Virus record (IMG/VR): IMGVR_UViG_3300005805_000019
Coordinates: 1-28,497 of that record
Length of the DNA stretch: 28,497 nt
DNA from: a virus
Lineage: Duplodnaviria > Caudoviricetes
Strand: one strand, 5' to 3'
Under the pieces are notes generated by a model, which did no database searches, was not told the DNA's origin, and saw only the letters and a list, made by a program, of their open reading frames with translations. The translations under genes and the position numbers were made by a program. This document shows, one piece after another, positions 16,523-25,388 of this stretch (position 1 is the stretch's first letter; every line of letters begins with the position of its first letter).

Positions 16523-16801
16523 ATGAGTTGTAACTGTAAAGGAAAGAAATCAACATTAAATAACATAGACTCTGTGGATCATTTAGCAATGGCAAGTGAT
16601 GTATATCTAAATCACATTGATGGTAAGGATACTTCAACTCTATCTGAGAATGATACGTTCATTATCCTTCAAACATACCGAAGTCTATACCCCAATCAAA
16701 AAATGGATGTAACCTTGGAACAAGCCCTAATAACATTGGGGGAGGCTCATAACAAATATATTTCTACACAAAATGGAAAAAAAACCTATAGGAAGACCTA
16801 G
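16523..16801 (+). CDS. Hypothetical protein with an MSCNCK N-terminus
   Basis: 92 aa. TATTTAT at 16497-16503 upstream. First gene of the TerS operon. Confidence 0.65.
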   Translation: MSCNCKGKKSTLNNIDSVDHLAMASDVYLNHIDGKDTSTLSENDTFIILQTYRSLYPNQKMDVTLEQALITLGEAHNKYISTQNGKKTYRKT

Positions 16802-17192
16802 AATAGAAACAACCCTCACTCCAATGTGGAAAGAGATAATCTTAGATGCAGGTCGAAACGGAAGACACATAACACAATTTCTCAACGAACTTGGGATCTC
16901 TTGGGAAGGACATTATAAACTACTGGTAAGACATAGAGGGTATAATGAAGCCGTTAAGGAATACGAAAGATTATGTGAGAACTTTTGGTATGAAATGGCA
17001 CTAAACTCAATGGTGACCAGTGAAGGTAAAAACTTTAACTCACGTCTTTGGAGTTTGATTGTAAGAAACAAGTTCCCTGAAAGATGGAGTGAATCACAGA
17101 AGATTGATATCTCTTCAATGGGGGAGAAAATATCAGAGAAGAAAATAGAGGTTGAGATAATAAGAAGAAAAATAGAAGATGAAGAAATTTAG
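16773..17192 (+). CDS. terS: Terminase small subunit (probable)
   Basis: N-terminal GRP motif, HTH-like middle, FNSRLW..IVRNKF...WSESQKIDISS.GEKI C-terminus typical of small terminases. Confidence 0.7.
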   Translation: MEKKPIGRPRIETTLTPMWKEIILDAGRNGRHITQFLNELGISWEGHYKLLVRHRGYNEAVKEYERLCENFWYEMALNSMVTSEGKNFNSRLWSLIVRNKFPERWSESQKIDISSMGEKISEKKIEVEIIRRKIEDEEI

Positions 17193-17613
17193 ATCATACT
17201 ACTACACTTTGAAGGATCAGTACCCCAAGGTGGAATTTGAAGTTTCCACTGTGGATGCGAACCAACAAAAGTCAGTGAACTACATTATCAAGTTTTGGAA
17301 GAAAGACCCTGAGTTCTACGATAAGAAGAATACTCAACTACTTTTAACCAAAATAAGAAATGAGGTATATCTAAAACAATCTAAGTTTTTCAAAGACCGA
17401 TTCATCACCAATACCTTCTACCCTGATGTTTGTGTGAATAACAAAGAGTATTTCGTTTCAGAGGAGTTCACTTTCTTTAAGTCTAAGGACTTCAAACACT
17501 CTGAAATAACCACATACTTCACTGACTTGTCAAAACATCTTTATTTCAAGTTTTTTGACAATGATGTGCGTGTCACAAGAAAAAAAAGAAAACGAAATGA
17601 AAGTAAAAGCTAA
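17179..17613 (+). CDS. Hypothetical basic/aromatic protein
   Basis: 144-aa ORF overlapping both neighbours. Confidence 0.65.
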   Translation: MKKFRSYYYTLKDQYPKVEFEVSTVDANQQKSVNYIIKFWKKDPEFYDKKNTQLLLTKIRNEVYLKQSKFFKDRFITNTFYPDVCVNNKEYFVSEEFTFFKSKDFKHSEITTYFTDLSKHLYFKFFDNDVRVTRKKRKRNESKS

Positions 17614-17749
17614 GAACGGAAAAAGTTATTACTACGACTATAAGTCACTGGTATTACACCCAAGGGTTCATGAGAGGATTAAAAAGGCTGCTGAGAAACG
17701 TGGAATAACAATGAGCAAACTTCTATACGATACTTTCAGTGATGAGTGA
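17597..17749 (+). CDS. Small ribbon-helix-helix-like DNA-binding protein, 50 aa
   Basis: KSLVLHPRVHERIKKAAEKRGITMSKLL fits an RHH/CopG pattern. ATG 17597 follows an A-rich leader. Confidence 0.6.
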   Translation: MKVKAKNGKSYYYDYKSLVLHPRVHERIKKAAEKRGITMSKLLYDTFSDE

Positions 17750-17987
17750 TCAAGAAAAAGACTTGGGTAAATTGGTGATGGTAGTTTATATTCCCGACTC
17801 AATACAAAACAAAACAATGATGAAAAAAATCATTTACTCAGTGGGGGAAGACAATCCCGATTATCATTTCTTGGTAATGGAGGATGACAACTTTATCGGT
17901 GTGGAGGTAGTACCCCTACTTCCAAACAAAGAAATGAATGAAGAAGCTAAAAAAATAAAAGAACAGATATTAGACAGGATTTTATGA
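17739..17987 (+). CDS. Hypothetical protein
   Basis: 82-aa ORF, coupled to the methyltransferase gene by an ATGA overlap. Confidence 0.6.
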   Translation: MMSDQEKDLGKLVMVVYIPDSIQNKTMMKKIIYSVGEDNPDYHFLVMEDDNFIGVEVVPLLPNKEMNEEAKKIKEQILDRIL

Positions 17988-18811
17988 TGGAACAACACTT
18001 ATTACTTGGAGACAGCAAAGATGTCTTAAAAACGATAAAAGACGGGTCTATTGACCTATTAGCGACCGACCCCCCATACGGAATAGAGTTTATGGGAAAG
18101 AGTTGGGATAAGGTATTACCACCAAAGGAAATATGGACGGAGTGTTATAGGGTCTTGAAACCTGGTTCGTTTATTGCGGTTATGTCCTCACCAAGAAGTG
18201 ATGTATTGTATCGTATGATAAAGGACTTGGAAGATGCGGGGTTTGATATGAGTTTCTCACCAATTCTTTGGACATACCATACTGGATTTCCAAAGGCGAG
18301 TGATACAAGTAAGATGATAGATAAGAGGGGGGAAAATGGTGAGAAATACGAAGGTAGTAAGTTAGGTTTCCAACCCAAACCAGCGGTGGAACATATCATT
18401 ATCGGTATGAAACCACACGGACAAAAGAGTTATATTGATAATGTATTAAACTTTGAGGCACTACCCGACAATATCAAAATGACTTATCCGTTTCTACAAG
18501 TTCCAAAACCAGCAAAGAAGGAAAAAAATATGGGGGTTGATAAGAACAACCACCCCACCACCAAACCAGTTAAACTAATGTCCTACATTATTACCCTTTT
18601 TACAAGGGAGGGGGATTGGGTATTAGACCCCTTCTTGGGTAGTGGAACGACAGGGGTTGCTTCCAAACTCATCAACCGAAACTTTGTGGGTATTGAAAGG
18701 GAACAAGAGTATATGGATATTGTAAGAGAAAGATGTGAGGTTGATAGGGACGAACTTATAAAGTTTTTCAAGATGGAAAAAGACACACAGACAAAGTTGG
18801 AGAGGTTATGA
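17984..18811 (+). CDS. DNA N6-adenine/N4-cytosine methyltransferase (beta class)
   Basis: Catalytic TDPPY near the N-terminus, HPTTKPVKLM, and SAM-binding VLDPFLGSGTTG near the C-terminus. Confidence 0.93.
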   Translation: MMEQHLLLGDSKDVLKTIKDGSIDLLATDPPYGIEFMGKSWDKVLPPKEIWTECYRVLKPGSFIAVMSSPRSDVLYRMIKDLEDAGFDMSFSPILWTYHTGFPKASDTSKMIDKRGENGEKYEGSKLGFQPKPAVEHIIIGMKPHGQKSYIDNVLNFEALPDNIKMTYPFLQVPKPAKKEKNMGVDKNNHPTTKPVKLMSYIITLFTREGDWVLDPFLGSGTTGVASKLINRNFVGIEREQEYMDIVRERCEVDRDELIKFFKMEKDTQTKLERL

Positions 18812-19185
18812 GTTATAGTAAGGGGATAATGTGGTTGGACGATTGTAGAATACCTTTTGTTGATGAGGTTAGAACAATACCAGTTCATAGTGAAGATAAA
18901 AAAACTGATGAAACTTTATTTGGATTACACCCAACTATTCAACACAAAAGAGAAATAACAACACAAGGTCGTTTCACCCCCAACCTACTTGTCTGTGATG
19001 ATATGTTAAATGATGGTAGTATAACTTTATCACAAGGCGGGAACTCAACAAATATCGGGGGTTTTATTACAGCATACGCAGATGAAAGTAAAAGAGGTGT
19101 AAAGAGTGGATTTGGTGATAAAGGAACAAATAGTAGATACTACGACCTTGACCTATGGTTTGATAAAATGTTGGAGGGGTTATGA
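18808..19185 (+). CDS. Methyltransferase-associated module, copy 1
   Basis: KGIMWLDDCRIPF...QGRFTPNLLVCDDMLNDG...SRYYDLDLWFDKM. Confidence 0.75.
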   Translation: MSYSKGIMWLDDCRIPFVDEVRTIPVHSEDKKTDETLFGLHPTIQHKREITTQGRFTPNLLVCDDMLNDGSITLSQGGNSTNIGGFITAYADESKRGVKSGFGDKGTNSRYYDLDLWFDKMLEGL

Positions 19186-19550
19186 GTTATAGCAAGGGGA
19201 TAATGTGGTTAGACGATTGTCGTATTCCGTTTGTTGATAATGATATTCCAAGTGGTGGCTATGGTAGTGCTTCAATAGGATATGGTAATGAGTATGAATA
19301 TTCTGGGGGTGCTGGTAAGTCAAATCAACAAGGTAGATTTACCCCCAACCTACTTGTCTGTGATGATATGTTGAACGATGGTATAAAACCAAATAAGGGA
19401 CACAGAGCGAAAAGTAAGGTCACTGGTTATGGTGAGTTTGGTGGGGGTAAAAGTGAATATCACGGAGTAGGTGAATATATGGAGGTTGATAGTAAAAGTA
19501 GATACTACGACCTTGACCTTTGGTTTGATAAAATGATTGAAAAGTTATGA
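19182..19550 (+). CDS. Methyltransferase-associated module, copy 2
   Basis: Same three conserved blocks as copy 1, with unrelated Gly-rich intervening segments. Confidence 0.75.
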   Translation: MSYSKGIMWLDDCRIPFVDNDIPSGGYGSASIGYGNEYEYSGGAGKSNQQGRFTPNLLVCDDMLNDGIKPNKGHRAKSKVTGYGEFGGGKSEYHGVGEYMEVDSKSRYYDLDLWFDKMIEKL

Positions 19551-19708
19551 ATACAGAAAATAATCAGTTAATAAGCATCTTCTCAAGGTTTGAGATTCAA
19601 AGACCAATAATGGGAAAACAGGAGGGGTATAATGTACCCACAACTTATTTTTACCAAGACAAGGTCATTAAAGAATACTATTACCGAGTTTTAAGATTGT
19701 TAAAATGA
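19547..19708 (+). CDS. Small hypothetical protein, 53 aa (not in the ORF track)
   Basis: Translated by hand as MNTENNQLISIFSRFEIQRP...YYRVLRLLK*. ATGA overlaps at both ends. Confidence 0.6.
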   Translation: MNTENNQLISIFSRFEIQRPIMGKQEGYNVPTTYFYQDKVIKEYYYRVLRLLK

Positions 19709-20847
19709 AGATTAAAACAACGGTCGTCTATGAACAATTAATATCCACTGATAAACGCATCTGTGTTTTTCAGGGTTCATCACGTGCATCCAAGACCTAC
19801 AACATTTTAATCTATTGGATCGTTAGACTACTTCAAGAGGATAACAAAACTCTCTCTATCGTCAGGAAAACCTTACCAGCACTTAAGGGATCTATACTTA
19901 GGGATTTGAAAGAAATACTCATTAACTTAGATCTATTCATTCCTGAAAACTTTCACTCAGTTGATGGTTACTACCAGTTGGGGACAAACACCATTGAATG
20001 GTTCTCTGTGGATGATGAGACAAAACTACGTGGTCGTAAAAGGGATTATCTGTTTATCAACGAAGCAACAGAAATATCTGAGGAGGAATACATCCAACTA
20101 GCACTTCGTACCTCAGACAGAATAACCATTGATCTTAACCCATCCCTATGGAAGTCGTGGATCTATGAACTCGAGGGTAAAGAAGATGTATTCTATACCA
20201 TTGTGACATATAAGGACAATCCATTTTTAAATAAAGTTCAAGTAAAAGAGATTGAAAAACTCAAAGACAAAGATGCGAATCTATATAGAGTTTTTGGTTT
20301 AGGTCAGAAAGGTATTCCAACAAGACTGGTCTTTAACCACCACAAACTATGTGATAGAGTTGCATCAGAGGCAAAACTACTGGCTTACGGAATAGACTTC
20401 GGATGGGAAGATCCAAATGTTTTAGTTGCTGTGTATCAACTCGGGGAAGACATTTATTGTGATGAGTTATTACATTTAACTCACACCACACTTCCTGACT
20501 TCATTTATAAAATAAAGGACTTAGGATTGAATCTAAGAGACGATTTTATCTGTGATAGTGCATCACCCCAATCCATTGAAGAACTCAAGAGAAATGGGAT
20601 AAATGCAAAGCCAGTAGTTAAGGGGTCTATCCTTCACGGAATAGATCTTATAAAAAGACACAACCTATACCTTACCCCAACCTCACTGAATCTCATCGAT
20701 GAGTTTAACTCCTATGTTTGGAAACAAGATAAGGATCTTAAAAACTTAGATGAACCAGTAGATAAAAATAACCACCTCATTGACTCAATCCGATATGTGA
20801 TGCAAATGAAAGTGGGACAAAAACAAAAGAAATTCGTAGTCGTATGA
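19705..20847 (+). CDS. terL: Terminase large subunit (PBSX/Terminase_3-like)
   Basis: Walker A-like QGSSRASKT, Walker B YLFINEATE, DLNP motif, TYKDNPFL, and nuclease motifs YGIDFG and NHLIDSIRY. Confidence 0.95.
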   Translation: MKIKTTVVYEQLISTDKRICVFQGSSRASKTYNILIYWIVRLLQEDNKTLSIVRKTLPALKGSILRDLKEILINLDLFIPENFHSVDGYYQLGTNTIEWFSVDDETKLRGRKRDYLFINEATEISEEEYIQLALRTSDRITIDLNPSLWKSWIYELEGKEDVFYTIVTYKDNPFLNKVQVKEIEKLKDKDANLYRVFGLGQKGIPTRLVFNHHKLCDRVASEAKLLAYGIDFGWEDPNVLVAVYQLGEDIYCDELLHLTHTTLPDFIYKIKDLGLNLRDDFICDSASPQSIEELKRNGINAKPVVKGSILHGIDLIKRHNLYLTPTSLNLIDEFNSYVWKQDKDLKNLDEPVDKNNHLIDSIRYVMQMKVGQKQKKFVVV

Positions 20848-21521
20848 TACAAGTAAAAATAGACAACCAAACCTATAAGATTAATCCTGAACTAACCGTT
20901 AGAAGGTATCAGAAGATTAAGAAAAACCCTGAGAAGTATGAGGACGTAGCAGAACTACTGGCTCTGTATATGGATTTAGATGCTGTTGATATTAAAAACC
21001 TACCAGCAGCTGAGATAAAATACATTGAAGATCTTTTAACCCTACATCAGTCTCAACCCACAAATGAGATAATCTTCACCTTTGAACACGATGGTGTTCT
21101 TTATGGTTTAGAAAATGATTGGGGAAATATGACTTGGGGACAGTTCACTGACTTGGAGGTATTCTCTCAACGAGATAAAATTGATGACAACATACACATC
21201 ATCTTAGCATTGTTATACAGACCCATTGAGATCAATAAGGACGGTACAAACTACAAACTTGCTAAGTATAACGACAAAACCGTTATGACACGTGCTGGTA
21301 TTATGTTGGATGTTCCCGTTCAGATATGGCTTGGTTGTGCGACTTTTTTTTTGCTAATCTCGCGAGAATACATCAACAATTCAAGAACCTCTTTGGAGCG
21401 GACGATGAGCAAACAGATACTCAAGAATCTGATGTGGATGATAGTCCCGAGATCTCTGCGTCCGAAGCAGCTGCGAGATACTACTTTCAGCTCACTTATG
21501 AGCTCGGTAAAAAAGATCTGA
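20844..21521 (+). CDS. Tail assembly chaperone-like protein (G form)
   Basis: MTWGQFTDLE...HIILALLYRP motif. Contains a T9 slippery run at 21344-21352. Confidence 0.62.
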   Translation: MIQVKIDNQTYKINPELTVRRYQKIKKNPEKYEDVAELLALYMDLDAVDIKNLPAAEIKYIEDLLTLHQSQPTNEIIFTFEHDGVLYGLENDWGNMTWGQFTDLEVFSQRDKIDDNIHIILALLYRPIEINKDGTNYKLAKYNDKTVMTRAGIMLDVPVQIWLGCATFFLLISREYINNSRTSLERTMSKQILKNLMWMIVPRSLRPKQLRDTTFSSLMSSVKKI

Positions 21522-21649
21522 CTAAAGTAAAAAAAATAAATAAACTCAATATGTACCTGTGTTTAAACGCAGCGTCACTAATAAAGGACAGAGCCATCGC
21601 AAGGGAAAACGAACTCAAAAAAATGAAACAGAATATCCGAAACACTTAA
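21350..21649 (+). CDS. -1 frameshift extension (GT form) of the tail chaperone
   Basis: Open -1 frame through the T9 run, giving ...CATFF-FANLARIHQQFKNLFG...; fusion of about 268 aa. Confidence 0.65.
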   Translation, partial: FANLARIHQQFKNLFGADDEQTDTQESDVDDSPEISASEAAARYYFQLTYELGKKDLTKVKKINKLNMYLCLNAASLIKDRAIARENELKKMKQNIRNT

Positions 21650-21698
21650 GTCTCGGCTTACAAGGTTAATAAACTATTTATCACTAAGAATAAAAATA

Positions 21699-22754
21699 AT
21701 GAATGAGTATATAACATTTCATAAAGTTCTTGATTTAATTCAACAATTTCAGGAACAATCCCCCATCTTGAACTCGTTCGGTTACGGTAACTTGGTAGAC
21801 TTCTCAAGAACGATATCAGGGAATACCGTGAACTACCCATATCTGTTTGCTGTACCTCAGAGTATGCAATACGATGAAAATACAACAACATACCAAATAT
21901 CATTGATATTTGCTGACATATTGAATTACGACTTAACAAACGAGAAGGATGCGGTAAGTGATATGAGTTTGGAGGCGAGACGTTTCTTGTCTTACATTAA
22001 AAGGGGGATGAGGACATTTCCTGAGTTATACAATAACTTGGATGTTCAGTTACCGGCAGCGGCAATACCCTATATGGAAAGAATGGGTGATCACGTAGCT
22101 GGTGTTGCTTTGGATTGTAATATACTGGTCTTTGAAGATATTAATGCTTGTGATTATTACCCAACTCCAACACCAACAATATCCTTAACCCCAACCAATA
22201 CACCTACTCCAACTCATACCCCTACAAATACTCCAACAAATACCCAAACACCAACATTAACACCATCATCAACTTGTCCACAAACAACGCAATATCTTGA
22301 AGTAGAACTTAGTGAAAATACAAAGTTTAAACTGATATTGTGGAATACAGCAAACTTTACTTCACCGGCAACTGCTAAATGTGATTATTCAGTTTCAGGA
22401 ACGGCATACGGAGATCTTGGAACCATTTACACAGGAACAGAAAGTATAAGTCAAACACAACATCAACATCAGTTTGATTTAGCACCAGTATTATTACCAG
22501 GAGAGACCGTATCAGGATTTACCGTTCATTCAGTATCAACGGTTGGTTGTCAATGTCCAGTTGAAGTTAAGTTTTGTAGAGAATACTATATTGATGGACC
22601 ATTTGCTCCTAGATTCGATTGGGTTGATTGCAATGGAATTAATCAGTTTTATGCAAGTGGTGGTGGTATTGCTATTTGTGCTTTAGAAGATACGGTAGTT
22701 TTAACCACTGGTTCAGGAACCATAACTGAACTTGGAGATTGCAAGCAAACATAA
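21699..22754 (+). CDS. Tail terminator-like protein with a PT linker and Cys-rich extension
   Basis: ~150-aa N-domain (NSFGYG...YPYLFAVP...D.VAGV) of tail completion type, then a PTPT tract and Cys modules. TATTTAT at 21675-21681. Confidence 0.55.
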   Translation: MNEYITFHKVLDLIQQFQEQSPILNSFGYGNLVDFSRTISGNTVNYPYLFAVPQSMQYDENTTTYQISLIFADILNYDLTNEKDAVSDMSLEARRFLSYIKRGMRTFPELYNNLDVQLPAAAIPYMERMGDHVAGVALDCNILVFEDINACDYYPTPTPTISLTPTNTPTPTHTPTNTPTNTQTPTLTPSSTCPQTTQYLEVELSENTKFKLILWNTANFTSPATAKCDYSVSGTAYGDLGTIYTGTESISQTQHQHQFDLAPVLLPGETVSGFTVHSVSTVGCQCPVEVKFCREYYIDGPFAPRFDWVDCNGINQFYASGGGIAICALEDTVVLTTGSGTITELGDCKQT

Positions 22755-22761
22755 ATAAAAG

Positions 22762-23325
22762 ATGTCACAAGAAGCACTCAATAAAGCAGCACTCATCCTT
22801 CAGAATACCCTTAAGGATTCACTTCTTCGTCAGAGGGAGTCAAGGGGGTTTTATGGTCAAACAAAACCAACATCAGGAAACTACCCAACACCTATCTCAA
22901 GTAAGATAGCATCGGGTAGTCTTTATGATTCGATCGAGGTATATCCTGAGTTTGACTATGAAAGAGGAAGACTTCGTATGGTTGTTGAGATGTTAGACTA
23001 TGGAAAGTATGTTAATAATGGACGTAGACCCAATGGAAAATATCCCCCATTAGCAGCAATTGACCGATGGGTACTTCAGAAACCAGGTTTTGGAAACTTG
23101 GTAAGAAATGCACAAGGTCAGTTCATTTCAAGAAAGTCTTTAGTATTCTTAATAAGACGTAGTATTGCTCGTGATGGTATATTCCCCACTAAGTTTATAG
23201 ATCGTTCAATAGAGGATACTTTGGATACTATTTACCAATCGTTTGAACAATCTAGTTATGAGTTAATAGAAGATCTTGTAAGACAAGCCAGAATTGAAAT
23301 AGAGTTTAAAAAGAAAACAAAATGA
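22762..23325 (+). CDS. Neck/tail completion protein (HK97 gp10-like)
   Basis: ASGSLYDSI...DYGKYVNNGRRP.GKYPP...IARDGI.PTKF motif; basic protein. Confidence 0.62.
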   Translation: MSQEALNKAALILQNTLKDSLLRQRESRGFYGQTKPTSGNYPTPISSKIASGSLYDSIEVYPEFDYERGRLRMVVEMLDYGKYVNNGRRPNGKYPPLAAIDRWVLQKPGFGNLVRNAQGQFISRKSLVFLIRRSIARDGIFPTKFIDRSIEDTLDTIYQSFEQSSYELIEDLVRQARIEIEFKKKTK

Positions 23326-24842
23326 GTGTAGCATTCACCAACATCCCAACAGAGTTCCAACCTGTATTATCAGATGGAATATTTTTTACTTTTACATCAG
23401 CAACCTATAACGTAGCAACGACTTTTAAGTTCCGTTACGTTTATGAGTTGTATGTAGAGGACGCATTAGTATTTGAGGGTAAATGTACCCCCAACCCATT
23501 TGGATATGGTATTGCTGATCTCCAACAGATCTTAGAAACCTATACCAACTCATTACCCATATCATATTGGGATACTACACCGATTTATACTCACCAAACA
23601 TTTCCATTCTCAAGACCAGCAAACGATGAGGTTATTAACTACTACGTCAAAGTAGGATACGAATATGCTGACAGTGAAATTTCCCCTCTAACGGGTTTTA
23701 CAGGTATTGGTAATAACGTTGGGACACCAGCGTTTCAAAGTGACGTATATAAGGTCTTTAGGTCTACTATGGGTACAAATGGTAGAGCAACCCAACAGAG
23801 CTTTAATATAGATCCATTTATTTTATCAGGAGCACCCCAAGGAATATATCCAACCACATCAGGATTGTTTTTAACCAATGCTCCAAGAATCCTTGATGTA
23901 AGTCCAACTGATTATTTTACCTTAGGTTTTACCAACTATTATCTTTGGAGTGGTGCAACCTCAGGATTGTCAGAGGGATACTACGTCAACTATAACTTTT
24001 ATGATGATCAAGGATCCCTTATTACCGGTGTGACCGTTGATAATATTGTGGCAAATGGGGGAGGTCCTAAATCAGGATGTACCCAAGTATATCAACAATA
24101 TTACTTGATTGATCCGGTATCAGCAACCACTGACTACAATACTTTGTATGTGGGTGCGGGTCCTGCTAACATACCATTCTTACCTGCAAACGCTGCACAA
24201 TACACGGTTCAGTTATTTGGTAAGTTCACGGGAACAACATCACCAATACAACCAACTCCAACACCGACTCCTACCCCTACTCAAGGAGCGGTCACAGCAA
24301 CTCCAACTCCTACTCCAAGTGCGACACCAGTATGTTCAGGTTGTACTGAATATAGTGTGGAATATACCGGTGAATCATCATCCACAGTGATCACGATCAA
24401 GAACTGTAATACAGGAGCATTCCAAAACTTAACAATCTTAAAAACTGCAATCTATGTTGTTTGTTCTTGTCAGGAACCATTCCACGCAGGAGAGGTTGAA
24501 GTTATAGCTCTTGGACCTTGTGGAGTAACGCCAACACCAACACCAACGAAAACACCGACAAGTACACCAACTCCTACCCCATCGGCTTGTTCATTCAAGT
24601 CATGGGTGATTAGTGAATGTTCGGATACTTGTCCAGGTGGTACTTGTTTCTGTGAAGGAGCAACAAGTATAACCGTATACACAGATTGTTCTGTAACAGA
24701 CATTACAGCTCTATCCACTCAACTATACGATACTTCATCACTGATTAGTCCTTGGACTGGTGACTTCCAAAGAAATGGTCGTATTTGGACCTCTTCAGGT
24801 GCTGACGTCACATTAGTTTGTGTGATCGGAGGACCTTGTTAA
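23322..24842 (+). CDS. Minor tail/distal tail protein, N-terminal part, with PT linkers and Cys modules
   Basis: FKFRYVYELYV...PNP.GYGIADLQ..L...FLTNAP motifs. Located upstream of the hub and TMP genes. Confidence 0.6.
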   Translation: MSVAFTNIPTEFQPVLSDGIFFTFTSATYNVATTFKFRYVYELYVEDALVFEGKCTPNPFGYGIADLQQILETYTNSLPISYWDTTPIYTHQTFPFSRPANDEVINYYVKVGYEYADSEISPLTGFTGIGNNVGTPAFQSDVYKVFRSTMGTNGRATQQSFNIDPFILSGAPQGIYPTTSGLFLTNAPRILDVSPTDYFTLGFTNYYLWSGATSGLSEGYYVNYNFYDDQGSLITGVTVDNIVANGGGPKSGCTQVYQQYYLIDPVSATTDYNTLYVGAGPANIPFLPANAAQYTVQLFGKFTGTTSPIQPTPTPTPTPTQGAVTATPTPTPSATPVCSGCTEYSVEYTGESSSTVITIKNCNTGAFQNLTILKTAIYVVCSCQEPFHAGEVEVIALGPCGVTPTPTPTKTPTSTPTPTPSACSFKSWVISECSDTCPGGTCFCEGATSITVYTDCSVTDITALSTQLYDTSSLISPWTGDFQRNGRIWTSSGADVTLVCVIGGPC

Positions 24843-24854
24843 AATATTATTGAT

Positions 24855-25388
24855 ATGACTTTAATCCCACAACCCGTCCCAACTTCATACATCTTAGGTA
24901 ACTGTGTGACCTACACTCCTGTGAGTGAGGTCTTCACCTTTAATGTAAATTGTCAACCAACTCGTTCTGAGAACCAACATCTTCAACTTATGTGGTTGAA
25001 TAGATATGGTCATTACGACTATTACACATTCTTGTTTAACCGCTATGAGGGTATGAGCATAGATCGTCAGACCTATAACTCAATGAATATTCAATGGGGT
25101 ACAACCGATTTTGTTAAGACACAATATTCAAGAGGATTAAACGATAGTGATATTGTTATGGTTCAGACAAATATTATTAACTCAGGATTTGTTAACCAAC
25201 CCACATTCGAATGGTTGGAAGAACTCTATACCTCAAACTTAGTTTATGAGATTCAACCTGATGGGGGAATATATCCTGTCAATATTTTGAACACAGAATT
25301 TGAGAGAAAGATCCAAGGGAATAGAACCATCTATAACTTGGAACTTCAGTATGTGAATAGCAATAATATCAAACTTCTTGGAATATAA
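24855..25388 (+). CDS. Minor tail/distal tail protein, C-terminal domain
   Basis: LMWLNRYGHYDYYTF...NSGFV...WLEELYTS..VY motif typical of pre-hub tail proteins of Bacteroidota siphophages. Confidence 0.6.
   Translation: MTLIPQPVPTSYILGNCVTYTPVSEVFTFNVNCQPTRSENQHLQLMWLNRYGHYDYYTFLFNRYEGMSIDRQTYNSMNIQWGTTDFVKTQYSRGLNDSDIVMVQTNIINSGFVNQPTFEWLEELYTSNLVYEIQPDGGIYPVNILNTEFERKIQGNRTIYNLELQYVNSNNIKLLGI

Larger units (their letters stand above)
18796..19550 (+). repeat. Tandem duplication (~370-nt unit) with three conserved blocks
   Basis: 18976-19007 equals 19341-19372 (32/32). 19132-19170 vs 19497-19535 match at 38/39. Near-identical 5' blocks start at 18796 and 19170. Confidence 0.9.

Noticed and set aside
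18796-19550. Conserved blocks with variable spacers as a CRISPR array or DGR template/variable repeat
   Set aside because: Only two units, in-frame protein coding, differences not adenine-specific, and no reverse transcriptase or cas genes present.
22160-22272. cca/aca/act-rich tracts as DNA-level tandem repeats or origin iterons
   Set aside because: Third codon positions vary, so the repetition is at the protein level (Pro/Thr linkers).
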